From assembly GCA_964016885.1 (NCBI GenBank), contig OZ024743.1:268956001-269020000 (forward strand): 64,000 bases of DNA, given 5' to 3'. The translations under genes were made by a program, and so were the position numbers. Position 1 is the first letter of the stretch. Every line of letters begins with the position of its first letter. A model generated the notes under the pieces. It saw only the letters and a program-made list of their open reading frames with translations, had not been told where the DNA came from and made no database searches. Of this stretch, positions 36,100 to 50,221 are shown in pieces. The DNA comes from Eledone cirrhosa (lineage: Eukaryota).

Positions 36100-39090
36100 A
36101 TACATACTATATAAAACTGCTATATTATACTATATTCGCCTATAATACTATATAAAACTACATACTACATAAACTACTATACTATATATAACTCATCATC
36201 ATCATTCGTCGACTACTGTCGAGATGATGGATCTCACTCTCATGCCCCAGAATTCCCCGTCCCCCATCGCGGCCCCCAGGTCCTGTCTACTGATTCCCGT
36301 ATCCCTAGAGATAACGTCAGGGAATGACAGCTTCCTACTCCTAGTCAGGCTGGAGTCAGGGTTCCAAAGCAAGAGAGCGGATATGATTTCATTGCTGGCA
36401 CGGTGACAGTGGCCAGCAAATTGAGCTCTCCGGGATTTTAGAAGGGCAGAGGCTCGAGGGAGTTTGCCATAGATTTAAGACAAGGTGGGATGTCGTTTCC
36501 AGGATAGGTTTTGCACTCTCATTAAGAGGCGGGTATATATGCCATCCAATCTCATCTCAAGTTGTAATGTTAGTGTCCAAGTTTCGGATCCATAAAGTAA
36601 TATGGGCTTAATAGTTGCTTGGAATATTTCCAACTACTATACTATATAAAAACTACAAACTATATATAACCACTGTACTATATTAAAATACATACTATAT
36701 AAAACTCCTATGCTATATGAAACTATTAAACTATATAAAACTGCTAGACTATATAAAATAGCTATATTATGTAAAGCTATAATACAATACTATATTAAAC
36801 TACATACTATATATAAATACTATACTATATACAACTACATATTATATAAAGCTACTACACTATGTAAGACTAGTAAACTATATGAACTACTATATAAAAC
36901 TAATATACTATATAAAAACTGCTATACTATATAAAACTATTATACTATATACAACTACTATACTATATAAAAGTATGTTATATACAAGTAGTATACTATA
37001 TATAACTACTATACTGTATAAAACTACTATACTATATAAAACTGTTATACTGTATAAAACTACTATACTGTATAAAACTGCTATACTATATAAAACTGCT
37101 ATACTATATATAACTACTATACTATATAAAAGTATATGTTATATATAACTACTATACTATATACAAATACTATACTATATAAAACTACTATACTATATAC
37201 AACTACTATACTATATACAACTACTATACTATATATAACTACTATACTATATCTAACTGCTATACTATATAAAACTGCTATACTATATATAACTACTATA
37301 TTATATAAAACGGCTATACTGTATATAACTACTATACTATATAAAACTATATACTATATAAAACTACTATACTATATACAACTACTATACTATATATAAC
37401 TACTATACTATATAAAACTGCAATACTATATAAAACTGCAATACTATATAAAACTGCTATACTATATAAAACTGCAATACTATGTATAACTACTATACTA
37501 TATATAACTACTATACTATATATAACTACTATACTATATAAAACTGCTATACTATATAAAACTGCAATACTATATAAAACTGCTATACTATATAAAACTG
37601 CAATACTATATATAACTACTATACTATATATAACTGCAATACTATATACAACTACTATACTATATATAACTACTATACTATATATAACTGCAATACTATA
37701 TACAACTACTATACTATATATAACTACTATACTATATATAACTGCAATACTATATACAACTACTATACTATATATAACTACTATACTATATATAACTGCA
37801 ATACTATATACAACTACTATACTATATATAACTACTATACTATATATAACTGCAATACTATATACAACTACTATACTATATATAACTACTATACTATATA
37901 TAACTGCAATACTATATATAACTACTATACTATATATAACTACTATACTATATATAACTACTATACTATATAAAACTGCAATACTATATATAACTACAAT
38001 ACTATATATAACTGCAATACTATATATAACTACTATACTATATATAACTACTATACTATATAAAACTGCAATACTATATATAACTGCAATACTATATATA
38101 ACTACTATACTATATATAACTACTATACTATATACAACTGCAATACTATATATAACTACTATACTATATAAAACTGCAATACTATATAAAACTACTATAC
38201 TATATACAACTACTATACTATATATAACTACTATACTATATATAACTGCAATACTATATATAACTACTATACTATATATAACTACTATACTATATACAAC
38301 TGCAATACTATATATAACTACTATACTATATAAAACTGCAATACTATATACAACTACTATACTATATATAACTACTATACTATATATAACTGCAATACTA
38401 TATATAACTACTATACTATATATAACTACTATACTATATACAACTGCAATACTATATATAACTACTATACTATATAAAACTGCAATACTATATATAACTA
38501 CTATACTATATAAAACTGCAATACTATATATAACTACTATACTATATATAACTGCTATACTATATATAACTACTATACTATATATAACTACTATACTATA
38601 TAAAACTGCAATACTATATATAACTACTATACTATATATAACTGCTATACTATATATAACTACTATACTATATATAACTACTATACTATATAAAACTGCA
38701 ATACTATATATAACTACTATACTATATACAACTGCAATACTATATATAACTACTATACTATATATAACTGCAATACTATATACAACTACTATACTATATA
38801 TAACTACTATACTATATATAACTGCAATACTATATATAACTACTATACTATATATAACTGCTATACTATATATAACTACTATACTATATATAACTACTAT
38901 ACTATATAAAACTGCAATACTATATATAACTACTATACTATATACAACTGCAATACTATATATAACTACTATACTATATATAACTGCAATACTATATACA
39001 ACTACTATACTATATATAACTACTATACTATATATAACTGCAATACTATATATAACTACTATACTATATATAACTGCAATACTATGTACA
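36100..39090. repeat. 18-bp minisatellite (ATACTATATAWAACTRCW)
   Basis: Over 130 units, degenerate on the left and homogeneous from ~37400. Confidence 0.95.
36194..36630 (-). mobile_element. 5'-truncated RTE-X-like LINE 3' end
   Basis: Minus translation IFQATIKPILLYGSETWTLT...LDGIYTRLL...RRAQFAGHC...ISRDTG with one stop; (TGA)n tail. Confidence 0.8.
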
Positions 39091-39422
39091 ACATGACCAA
39101 GACAAAAACAAAAACCTTCAGTTTAAACTTATATTCATTATTCACATATTAACTATCTTAGAATATTTCTAAAAATCTGGCACAGTCGTCTTCCGTAAAC
39201 AATGTCAGCTTGGTGTTGATAGAATTAAGACACCCCACCCTGGCCCTTCATCACCCCATCGGTAGCATCATCCCACCATCACCACCATGACTATCGCCAT
39301 CACCATCACCATCACGCCGACCACCACCACCACCACGACAACCTAGTCGTCTTTCCTTTCCGTTAGTCATCGCCATCGGTCGGAACTCACTCGTGACGAC
39401 ACAATTACTGGATGAAGGTGCA

Positions 39423-39460
<38 letters not shown>

Positions 39461-39493
39461 GCACACACACACACACTCTCTCTCACACACACA

Positions 39494-39530
<37 letters not shown>

Positions 39531-39576
39531 TCTCTCACACACACACACACACACACACTCTCTCTCTCAGTCTCAC

Positions 39577-39641
<65 letters not shown>

Positions 39642-39644
39642 AGG

Positions 39645-39694
<50 letters not shown>

Positions 39695-40554
39695 TGTACA
39701 CACACACATCTATGTATAAAGTCTACTACGATAAGAAGACATTGTTTAGACGTGATCCAATGCAGTAACCCCTAAAGTATCCGTAAATACCACCACGTGA
39801 CTGTCTATAAAATAGGAAGCACAAGATTTCAGGAACTAAAGACCGAGTGAGCCAGACACCAAACTTACAATAAAATAAATAAATAAATAAATAAATAAAA
39901 CAAGAAGAAAAGAGAAATGGGATAGTCACTGAATAGAGCGAAGTGGTTTTAAAACACACACCACGGGTGACTTCAGAAGCATTTGGAAAAATTCGAAATT
40001 TGACATTTAATCGTTTAAACGCAGGTTACTAAAATAAGATTTGGAAAAAATAGTCCCGGAGAAAGAAAAAGTGGATAGTGACGCCTAGGAAGAATTGAAC
40101 CCTGCATCTTTGTGATGTTCTCATTGGTCGGCTTCGCTGTTGTTTATCTGCATATCATTTTTACGACTCTCTTCTCTTGAAGTTATTCTTTCTGAAGTTG
40201 TTTACCTGTGTATCATTTCTAGTCATTACATCTCTGCTTATCTATTGCGCAATATCATCCTCTTTTGCTAAACTATATGTTGTTTATCATTTATTCATTT
40301 GGCTGGTTCAATAATTGTCCGGTATCTGACCTGTCATTTATATCCTGCTTTGATAAAGTTGATCTGTTTACTTCATAAATTCTTATTTTGAATCTGCAGT
40401 CGCAAAAGAAATTTTGAAACACTGCTCTTGTGTATATCAACTATCATACATGCCTTTAGTTAATTTATTCTGTTGTTCCATTATTGTTCCTCCATGGCGA
40501 TTTCCCTCGCTGATAACGCATGGCATGTTGATCTGTTTTCAATTCGGACCATTT

Positions 40555-40890
40555 TAAAATATGAATATATTCCGGTGTCGGCAACATGATATCACATCAT
40601 TTCTACTGTTTCTATTTGTTGCGTAGATTTGTTATATTTGTTTCTGCCGCGTACAAGAGGCATATCCCATAAATTATGAATGTTGTTGTTTGGTTTGTAA
40701 CTATATTCTTTTGAGTTCCAAATTTTCTTTGAGAAAGACGTTTCCTTTCTTCTGTATATATTGCGGAAAAGTGTATGTATTGTATGCATCTGATTTTGAA
40801 CATCTCGCCTGTTGATCTGATGAAATGTTTGTCTCTCGACAACTTCCTCTTAACGAGCAGGAAAAAGTCTTTACATTTCGGAGACTTGTT
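40555..40890 (-). pseudogene. Highly degenerate GIY-YIG domain remnant of a Naiad-like PLE
   Basis: Across frames: FIRSTGEMFKIR, HTLFRNIYRRKETSFSKKIWNSKE, CLLYAAE, CRHRNIF, collinear with YIGLTANRFKQR, HSFRYPLRRYMTSLSAYIWSLKD, CDLCAAE, CKHK of copy 1. Confidence 0.55.
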
Positions 40891-41110
40891 ATTATATCAG
40901 GAGACTAGTTATTATATGAGGAAATAGAATAAGAAATAAAAGAGGAAGGAACGGAAAAAATTGTATTAACTCAGCCATATGCATGCATATATATATATTA
41001 TATATATGTGTGTGTAAATGAAGTAATTCCGTCGGAAAGGTCCAGGAAAAAAGAGTGCTCTATGTAGGTTACAGAGCTTATTAGTTATGTAATAAACATA
41101 AGATAATTAT

Positions 41111-41169
41111 TTCATTTACCAGTGGTTTCTTGAAAGCAAACAAAATTTGCTTTCAGTCATCAGAATGAA
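41111..41169 (-). ncRNA. Type I hammerhead ribozyme (family C), inverted copy
   Basis: Reverse complement of 41194-41252 with intact core. Confidence 0.83.
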
Positions 41170-41192
41170 TTTTCAGTCATCAGAATTGATTT

Positions 41193-41253
41193 TTTCATTC
41201 TGATGACTGAAAGCAAATTTTGTTTGCTTTCAAGAAACCACTGGTAAATGAAA
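41193..41253 (+). ncRNA. Type I hammerhead ribozyme (family C)
   Basis: UUUCAUU-CUGAUGA-C UGAAAGCAAA UUUUG UUUGCUUUCA A-GAAA-CCACUGG-UA-AAUGAAA: 7-bp stem I, intact core, 10-bp stem II, quasi-palindromic stem III, GUA site. Confidence 0.85.
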
Positions 41254-41282
41254 TAATTATCTTATGCTGTTTATTACATAAC

Positions 41283-41314
<32 letters not shown>

Positions 41315-42084
41315 TATATATAGTTATACTATGGGAGAGCCATGCTGCCAATAAAAACACACGCACCTGTTGGTTTTCACTTCAATTTATTATAAAGTTC
41401 CGGTTGGTTGTTGGTTCGATAACCGGATGGTTGTTTATATAGTGTCAAAGCTCTTTCGTCACACATTCTGTGACCTCCTCAGTGACTAGGTTTTTATTTT
41501 GTGTCTCTCCTTTGTTCTGTCCTACACCATCTTGTTTTGTGTGTTGTGTGTTGTGCTTAGTTTATATCTGTTTTAACATACATTTTCAGATAAGAAATCT
41601 TGAAAAACAAATTCAAAAACGAAATTATATATATATATATATTGGCAGACACACACCATGCGAGAAGAAATACTTTATTTCTGTAGCGCGAGCCAGCAAT
41701 TATATGTGGCGGCCTAAGCTAAAATTTCGCGTGAGACTAAATACCGAAGCTGGGGCTGATGACGCAATAAGATGTTAAGGTGTTTCTTTTGTCTCATTTA
41801 TTTCCATTCTTCCATCTTCTCTCTCTGCTCCTCTCTACCACTTCTCTGGACCAACCCACTTCCAGTCGCTTATTCCTGTCCTTGTGGTAAGTCTTTACCC
41901 AACGTCGTCATTGACGATATTTTACTGTTTCGGCAGTTTTCCTTTGCGTTGAGTTTCAAATTATTCTATACATTTCTAATGCACTCGCGCTTCAACTCGA
42001 TTTGCGAGAGAACACCTTGTTTATATATATATATGTAATATATATATACATCGCCTCAGCCGGATTGCTGGAATAGGTAAAAGA

Positions 42085-42148
<64 letters not shown>

Positions 42149-42149
<1 letters not shown>

Positions 42150-42320
42150 AATTAAAATGAAGAATTAGAAATAGGACTATCCATCATCAGTGATCTACTA
42201 GCCATAAGAAATACCTATGATGGCTAGTAGATCACTGATGATGGATAGTCCTATTTCTAATTCTTCATTTTAATTTCTATATCACATTTGCAACGACACA
42301 GCACGCCATTTTTCATCATT
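42149..42320 (+). mobile_element. Fold-back mini-element in (TA)n
   Basis: ~57-bp perfect arms 42149-42206/42220-42276; contains CTGATGA but no matching GAAA. Confidence 0.65.
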
Positions 42321-42546
42321 ATATATATATATGTGTGTGTATATATATCTATCTATGTAAATGTATATGTGTGTGTGTAGCTGCAGCTTGATAACGTCTA
42401 TCTTCTCCCGCGGGTAGCTATTACTGTCTGGTTGCGTAAGCCGAGTTTGGGAGGATAGGTGGTCCGCGTTTTATTTGCCGTATTTGAAGGTTAAGTACGG
42501 TTTGCTCGTTCGGAGTCATGGGCACAGTCTGACGTTCGGTTTAGAG

Positions 42547-42736
42547 CAGGCATGTCAAACTGAGGGTCTCCCGAGGACCACATTGGGTCACATATGTGTT
42601 GTCTGAAGGCCACACATGACAACTAATTGCGCATATTACAACTAATCTTTTTTATTTTATATTACGCTCGCGCTGTAAAAAAACTTTGTGCGGGCCGCAG
42701 GTGTGCTTGTAAAGGGCCGCATGTCTGACATGCCTG
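42547..42736. mobile_element. hAT (Charlie-like) MITE
   Basis: TIRs CAGGCATGTCAAAC / GTCTGACATGCCTG; 8-bp TSD GTTTAGAG / GTTTAGGG. Confidence 0.8.
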
Positions 42737-43135
42737 GTTTAGGGTATTTGCTGAGGGTAAGTAGACGAATTGAAGCAATAACGGTCTTATTTACGTATAT
42801 ATACTTTAATGTCAGTTTCCCCTGATGTATGTGTGTGTAAATTACATTATGGATGAGCCATTTTGGCCGCATAAAACTGTTTATATTTACTTTTTATTCA
42901 TTTGGGGGGGGGGGGGGTTATGTTTATTATTGAGTGTGTAAGTATGTGTGCGTATAAATGTCAATCTTATGTTTGAGCGTATAGATATGCGAGTATATAA
43001 GCCCATGTATGCGTGTAAGTATATTAATATGTATGTGTGCGTATGTATATCTATGAACATATACATTTAAATATTGTGTGCACTTGTGCTGTTGTGCTTC
43101 TCAATAGTAAGTAAAATATACGTGTTAGTGACTGC

Positions 43136-43182
<47 letters not shown>

Positions 43183-43684
43183 CGTGTGTGTGTCTGTGTG
43201 CAGGTGTGTATATGTGCGTGTGCGTGTATGTATGCGTGCGTGTAAGTATGTGTTCAGGTGTGTATGTGTGTGTGTCTGAGTACGTGTGTATATTTGTGTG
43301 TGTCTGATTCTAATATGATGTTGGGTATAGGTGCAAGAAAGTGTAATGTGTATCTGTGTATGTGTCTGTGTGCAGGTGTGTATATTGTGTGTGCGTGCGT
43401 GTGTCTGAGTCCTTTAGTCGGATGTGTACACGAGCCGTGTGTGTCTGTGTGTCCGACTTGAAGGCGTGATTGTTTCAGTTGTGTGAATCGTTGTAAAAAT
43501 GTTTTGTCCGTTGTGTGTGTCTTTATGTGCGTGTGTGTGTGTGTGTGTTTATGTGTGTGTGCGTGTGTGTTTATGTGTTCAACTTTTTTTGTGGCCGTGT
43601 GTCCGACTTGTGTCCGTTTGACAGATGGTTAGCTATGAGAAGACGCACATACAACTGATAATATATATATATATATATTATTAA

Positions 43685-43746
<62 letters not shown>

Positions 43747-43748
<2 letters not shown>

Positions 43749-43824
43749 GGGTGTCCCCCCAAAATGTATACACATTTCAACAGCATTCTAATAAATAAGT
43801 TGCTACATTTTTTGTGACACCCTG
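43747..43824. mobile_element. Tc1/mariner-type micro-MITE (other copies 13479-13553, 30998-31098)
   Basis: TIRs CAGGGTGTC...GACACCCTG with AAAATGTATACAC subterminal motif, in TA/TG microsatellites. Confidence 0.65.
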
Positions 43825-44639
43825 TGTGTGTGTGTGTATATATATATATACACACACACATATATATATTAGTGGACTCTTAAGATGACCAATATGAGTG
43901 AGTAACTTTGAATATCTTTTATCACACTCCTCTACGCTTTACATTTCAACTTATCTATCTACCAATATATTCATCTATCTATCTATCTATCTATCTATTT
44001 CTCTCATCTCTCTCTCTATCTATCTCATCTATCTCTCTATTATTTATCTATCTATCTATCTATTTATCTCATCTCTCTCTCTATCTATCTATCTATCTCA
44101 TCTCTCTATCTATTTATCTATCTATCTATCTCATCTCTCTCTCTATCTATCTCATCTCTCTCTCTCTATCTATCTATCCAACCATCAATCCATTTATCAT
44201 ACCCATTTCCTGCTTTCTTTAGCATGGTGGCTCTCCTTAGCCACGAGCTCCCTTCTATCTATCTATAGAGTTCAACTGTCCCCTCTCTCTTGATCTAGTT
44301 CTAACATACCTTTTTCTACCCTCTCTCTCTCACTCCTTTTATTTGTCTATCTTTTCACCCCCCTTTATAAACTAACCGGAACAACAATTTGGATTTTAAA
44401 TCCTAACCCCCTATTCTTTCTCTCTCTCTCTCACACACACACACACTCTCTCTCACACACATACACTCTCTCTCACATACACACACACTCTCTCTCTCAC
44501 ACACACACTCTCTCTCATACACACACACTCTCTCTATGTGTATTTCCTCTCTTTCTCCGCCCTTTCGACATTACAACCGCGACAGCCTCTGACTGCTGCT
44601 GCTGATTCTAAAGTCACCCACACACCCTCAGCAAGCACA

Positions 44640-45180
44640 GTCACCACTACCACCACCACCACCACCACCTACTAGTATCTCAATCACCACCACCACCACC
44701 ACTAGTACCACCATCAACACTCCTATCACAACCATCCCCACCATTACCACTTCAGCATGGCCACCACTACTACCACCGGTGCACCCCTACCACCACCGTT
44801 ACCATCATCATCATGGTCATCTTGATCAGTGTAAGTAGACCCCCTCCTTTCCCTTACCTACTGACCAACACCACCGCCGCCACTACAAATATTACCACCA
44901 CCAAACCATGCATTATGACTACTACAACCACTACCACTATTATCACATCCAACAAAACAACAAGCACCGCCACAACCACTACACAAACCATATCCTTACC
45001 ACCACCACCATTACAGCTACCATATTACCATCACCACTATACAACCACTACAATAACATAGAACACTACCATTGTCACCACCTTCATACGACGACAACCA
45101 CCACTACCACACCACTATTACCATACCACAACTACCATACCTTCACTGCCACCACCTCTACTACCACCATACGACCCCAA
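44640..45180. repeat. (ACC/ACT)n low-complexity tract
   Basis: Direct observation. Confidence 0.85.
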
Positions 45181-46698
45181 CCAACCCCGGTACCATCATT
45201 CTTTCTGTGTAGAATCAACAAAACCCTACACACACACAACTACCATCCAGTATTACGAGGGAGCTTCCTGAAAGTGGTCATTCGACTTACCTGCAATAGC
45301 AGCGAAATCTTCCTCAAATTAAACATCTAATCGTCTTAAATAAGGTACACGTCGGAATAATATAATTCAATCTTAGATACCTAAACCCTTTAAAAATATG
45401 GAATGGTCATAGATGGAATGCCTAAGATAAAAAAGAAAAGCCTACTTGATCAGAGTTGACCTGGGGCTAAACAACAACAACAGCAATAACAACTACAACT
45501 ATAACAAGCGAGCCAATCAGGGAGTCTGTTTTACGGGGTCACTCGACCTGCTGGAAATAGTAACACAATCTCTCCTCTCTTTCTCTGTCTCTCATATCAC
45601 ATCCTACCGCCTTCAAATAAGAGAAGAACTCACTGAGTAATGTAGTCCTAGATACACTGTGTCCAGAAGAAGAAGAAAAAAACGTGATGGTCACGGCTGG
45701 AATGAATTTGATTATAGGTCTGCTTGATCATGGTTGACCTGGGCTAAAGCATCACCAACAACTAAACACACAGAAAAAAGAGTAGTGTGTGTTTCTCATC
45801 GTCAACCTATTACTTCTTTCTTCCTTTCTTTCTTCTATTCCTGTTCGATTTAATTTCTTCTATTCTTTCTATTCTATATTCCATTCTGTTCATTTGTATT
45901 CTCTTCATTCTATTATTTCACTAATCATTTATTCTCTAATTCTTTTATTCTCTTCTCTTTCTTTCTTCCTATCTTTCTATCACTCTCTCCGTTCCCCATT
46001 CTCTCTCTCACTCTCTTTAAATCTCTCTATTTCTTTCTGTGTCTTTTGTTCTTTCTCTCTCTTATTCTAATCTTTCTTCGTTTCCTTTCCCTCCGTTTTG
46101 TAGCTTTTCTCCTCACCCTTCGTTAATTCGTTTTACTCCCTTCTCCATTTCACATTCTCTCTCCCTCTCTCTTAAATTCACTCCTTCTCGTGCTACCTTC
46201 TTCTCATTTACTCTCCTCCTTCTTCTCTCACTCAGTCATTACCCTTCCCCCCCCTCCCTCTCCTTTGCTGCTGCTATTGTAGCAATTGCTGGGACGGAAG
46301 GAAGGACGGACGGGCAGGCAGACAGGCCGACTGACACATCGACAAACTGGCAACACTGACCGACTGACAAACAGCCAAATAAATAGATAGATAGACATAC
46401 ACACACACACATACACACAAATACATACATATATATGTATATATATACACACACACGAAATACAACAAAAATAACAAACAAAAACGGCTAAGCAGGCAGG
46501 CAGTCGGGCGGGCGGGTGGATTGAGAGAAACACCAACCAACCAACATACAGACCAACTTACCAACCGACACACCGACACACCAGACGGTAAAAACCAAGA
46601 GCAAGAAAACAGTTTCAAGTTTGAAGTTTTGTATGCGTGGTGTGGCAAAGTGCCCTGGCGTATCCTAGGGAACTGCCAGTCACGCTGCTCGCGATAGC

Positions 46699-46959
46699 AT
46701 GGGGGATCTTCTGTCCCCAAGTCGTAGGGATGTGGTAGATCGACTCAGAAGACGTGTGGACATTTACAGGCGACACAACCACGGCTGTTTACAGAGGTAC
46801 GACCCTAGTTTTCAAAGCCTCAGTGAGCAGTCGCAAAGAGAGACCATATTGCTTTACCGCAGGCTCTTGGCTAGCAAAAACCGTAGCCCCAAATCTAAAA
46901 ACACTACTAAGGACTTATCTGGCGGATCTTCAGAACAGCGAACGTCCAACGTTCTAACG
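46699..46959 (+). CDS. mam: mastermind / mastermind-like Notch co-activator, first coding exon (N-terminal basic MamL-1 helix)
   Basis: MGDLLSPSRRDVVDRLRRRVDIYRRHNHGCLQRYDPSFQSLSEQSQRETILLYRRLLASK matches the MAML/Mam N-terminal pattern (V.ERLRRRI..YRRH...C..R...). The 87-codon exon ends at a canonical phase-0 donor ACG|GTGAGT at 46960. No second exon recognised in the window. Confidence 0.92.
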
Positions 46960-47525
46960 GTGAGTGTAGCTATAACAATTTCTCTCCAACTTTTTACATA
47001 TCTAAACAATTCACACATGTACCTACTTTAAACATCTATCTATCTATCAACGATTCAACGATTTTAACTTGTCGATTTATTTATCAATCTATCTCTCCAA
47101 TCAACAATCTTAACTTGTCGATCTAGCTATATGTCAGTCAACTTCTCTCTATCTGTATATTCTCTTATCAATCTATCTATAGAATTATGTTTACTTCTAT
47201 CTATTTCTCTTCATATTTAGTTGGTATTGAGTATCTAACGAGTTTGTTTTCGTGTTGATTTGAAGAAAGAAAAAAAAAAACAGCACCTTCAAGTTTCTGT
47301 TATTAAAAAACAAAAACAATGACGGAACTGTGTATAATATACATGCTTCTAACGTACTACATTGTGTACACGATACATTATACAATAGTATAACCTCTCT
47401 CTATGTATATATATACCTGTATATATGTATATATATTCATTTATATACACAATCACTAATACTGTATACAATTAATGCAAGATACATATATTTAAAGAAA
47501 GTATGTCACCCTATATATATATATG

Positions 47526-47559
<34 letters not shown>

Positions 47560-47969
47560 TATATCGGGCAGACACTGCAGGAGTGTATGTAAAGTTTGTT
47601 TCTACAGCATATAAAACATGCTGAATCATACTGTGCCTATACTATACACATTTCCTGTTTAAAATCATACACAAAGAAGTACTATAGTTTAAAGCGTGTA
47701 TATATCTATACTGTAAAGAAATCTGTATGGCCACATACACACAACACACATACGAACATACGCACATATTTTTAAACCCGAAGGCAACCTTTGTCAAGTA
47801 AGGCTATGATCAAATGAGTCCTGCCATGACCATCCATATTCACGACTACATTGTCCAATGTGTCCTTAGCTTTTTAAGAGAAAAGGGCGTCACGTGAGGG
47901 TAATTAGGCTACTCTGTGTAGCAGGTCGAGCTACCATATAGACGATTCATATATATATATATATATATA

Positions 47970-48171
47970 TAGGAACGAGTAGGACCCCGACGGCTGAGCT
48001 CAAGCCGTTTCGACGGCTAATTCTGGCCGAATGTAGTCCAGAATTAGCCGTCGAAACGGCTTGAGCTCAGCCGTCGGGGTCCTACTCGTTCCTATTACCC
48101 ACTCTACTACCCTAAGTATTGAGTACTTTGGTGCGTTATGGTCCACCTCGTTCCTTACCACATTTCCTTCG

Positions 48172-48173
<2 letters not shown>
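47970..48173 (+). mobile_element. Family B fold-back mini-element (hammerhead 3' half + tail), representative copy
   Basis: Inverted arms around ~48030; GAAA-CGGC-UUGAGCUCA-GCCG-UC-GGGGUC; (TA)n flanks. Confidence 0.85.
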
Positions 48174-48220
<47 letters not shown>

Positions 48221-48655
48221 TGTGTGTATATAAATATCTATCTAGACATTGTTAAACATACTGGCGGCTATATATCCAGTCACACACACTCGGTGTGATA
48301 ATATATGCATACGCAAACGGTATATATATCTATCTGTTTATCTATATCTATATCTCTCTCTCTATATATATATACACACATATATTCACACACAGTTCGT
48401 ACAAAGGCGCTTATAATGTGTTGTATGTCACGACATACTTGTACACATAAGTCATATGTTAAACTCACTTATTTTTTCAGGTGGTGGTGGTGAAGTGGGT
48501 GGGGTCGTCTTTTTATACCAACCTATTCCACATACACACAAAAAGGGGAGAAGGCATACATGTATCCCTTTAAATATATACTCATATATATATATATATA
48601 TCTTATACTTTCGACCGTAGAACTTACATGCTTTAAATCATATACATACATAGAT

Positions 48656-48730
<75 letters not shown>

Positions 48731-48735
<5 letters not shown>

Positions 48736-48893
48736 TTCTACAGGACTAGAACTGTTTCATTCTTTAGAAATTTCTAAAGAATGAAACAGTTCTAGTCCTG
48801 TAGAATCTCATCTATATTAAAACTTTTATACTCTGCTATGTATTGAGTACCTTACTTACTGTGGTTACCTCCGATTCAACCCGGAATAACTTA

Positions 48894-48896
<3 letters not shown>
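48731..48896 (+). mobile_element. Family A fold-back mini-element (other A copies at 8991-9060, 13097-13211, 53578-53704, 55315-55460; relative at 52540-52645)
   Basis: Perfect 40-bp-arm palindrome 48731-48810 centred GAAA|TTTC at the start of hammerhead stem II, plus tail GTATTGAGTACCTTACTTACTGTGGTTACC. Confidence 0.85.
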
Positions 48897-48940
<44 letters not shown>

Positions 48941-49158
48941 GAAAAATGAACAAAAGCACAGGAGGCAATTTTTACAGTTATATATATATATATATATATA
49001 TATACTTGAATAAGAGAATATATTTGATAATCAACATATTCACACATGTATGTTAAATATTTGTATATACATTTGTATGATTTATAAATGTATTGAGTGC
49101 TCTTTCAGTTAATGTTTGAATGTTTTATATACGGTTGTGTGCTAAACACACCTAATAA

Positions 49159-49237
<79 letters not shown>

Positions 49238-49700
49238 CATCGAACTAATATATATTCATACAGATACGTCAAGAGGATATATGTATATACATTTAAATAT
49301 ATACGTTTAGAATATATATATATTTACATAGATATACATCTAGTATATATATGTATATACATTCAAGTCTAGTATATACATACAGATCATATGTATACAC
49401 ATACATATATCTGAAATTGGTACAAACGTATTAATATAGCTATAATTCGTATGTGTGTATAGGCGCACACGTAAAACTTATAAACCTCACTTGCTTGCTT
49501 TGCATATCTATCTATCTATCTATTATTCTATGTAAAAAGAGAAGAAAAAACACACATAAATAACTCATATACAGTCACACATTTTATAACACCCATTCAC
49601 ACATAGCATATAGAGAATTACACACATAAATGTGTGTGAACAGCTAAAGCCACCAGTCTCGTTCTGTGTTTAATGGTGTCAAGCCTTGGTCTGTTCCCTC

Positions 49701-49728
49701 TATAAAAATCGTCCAGGTCATCAGGTCA
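49701..49728 (+). promoter_or_regulatory. TATAAAA followed by a perfect nuclear-receptor DR2 (AGGTCA-tc-AGGTCA)
   Basis: Exact motif match at 49715-49728 in a unique-sequence island of mam intron 1; function unproven. Confidence 0.3.
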
Positions 49729-50221
49729 GCTAACTGTGTATGTTGCTGTTTTTGAAGCAGCCACTCTGCTCTCTACTAGTTTAAACTGCTGTCACAACAC
49801 AACTCACTCTCTATTAAACACTACACACACTCTCTATAACGCATTAAACTCACTCACTTTACTTACTCTCTCATCACACTCATAAATAGAACTTCGACTA
49901 AACTTCATAAGTACTTTTTCAATATAATATCCATACTCGAAGTATATAAATATTTTCTTTACATACCTAATATGTACATGTATATATATAAAATTATTTT
50001 CTACACTTTACACGATCCTCCAAGTAAACTATGACACCCTCATATATGTATATAAATATATGATAATATAATATATGTATGTATATATATATATTAAGTT
50101 AATATATATATATATATATATTAAGTTAATATATATATATTATTAAGTTAATATATATATGTATTAAGTTATATATATATATGTCATATATATATATTTC
50201 GTGAGAAATCATCAGGAAGCT

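Larger units (their letters stand above)
41015..41284. mobile_element. Family C fold-back element with two complete hammerheads
   Basis: Inverted arms 41082-41169/41194-41284; TA flanks. Confidence 0.85.

Noticed and set aside
36710-37399. ILYKTT repeat ORFs; CRISPR-like periodicity
   Set aside because: 18-bp tandem satellite with no unique spacers; eukaryotic context.
46960-47031. ORF continuation VSVAITISLQ...
   Set aside because: Read-through into the intron past the GTGAGT donor.
49690-49730. CTGATGA on the minus strand as a hammerhead core
   Set aside because: Followed by GAAC rather than GAAA, with no stem I/III; better explained as part of the DR2.
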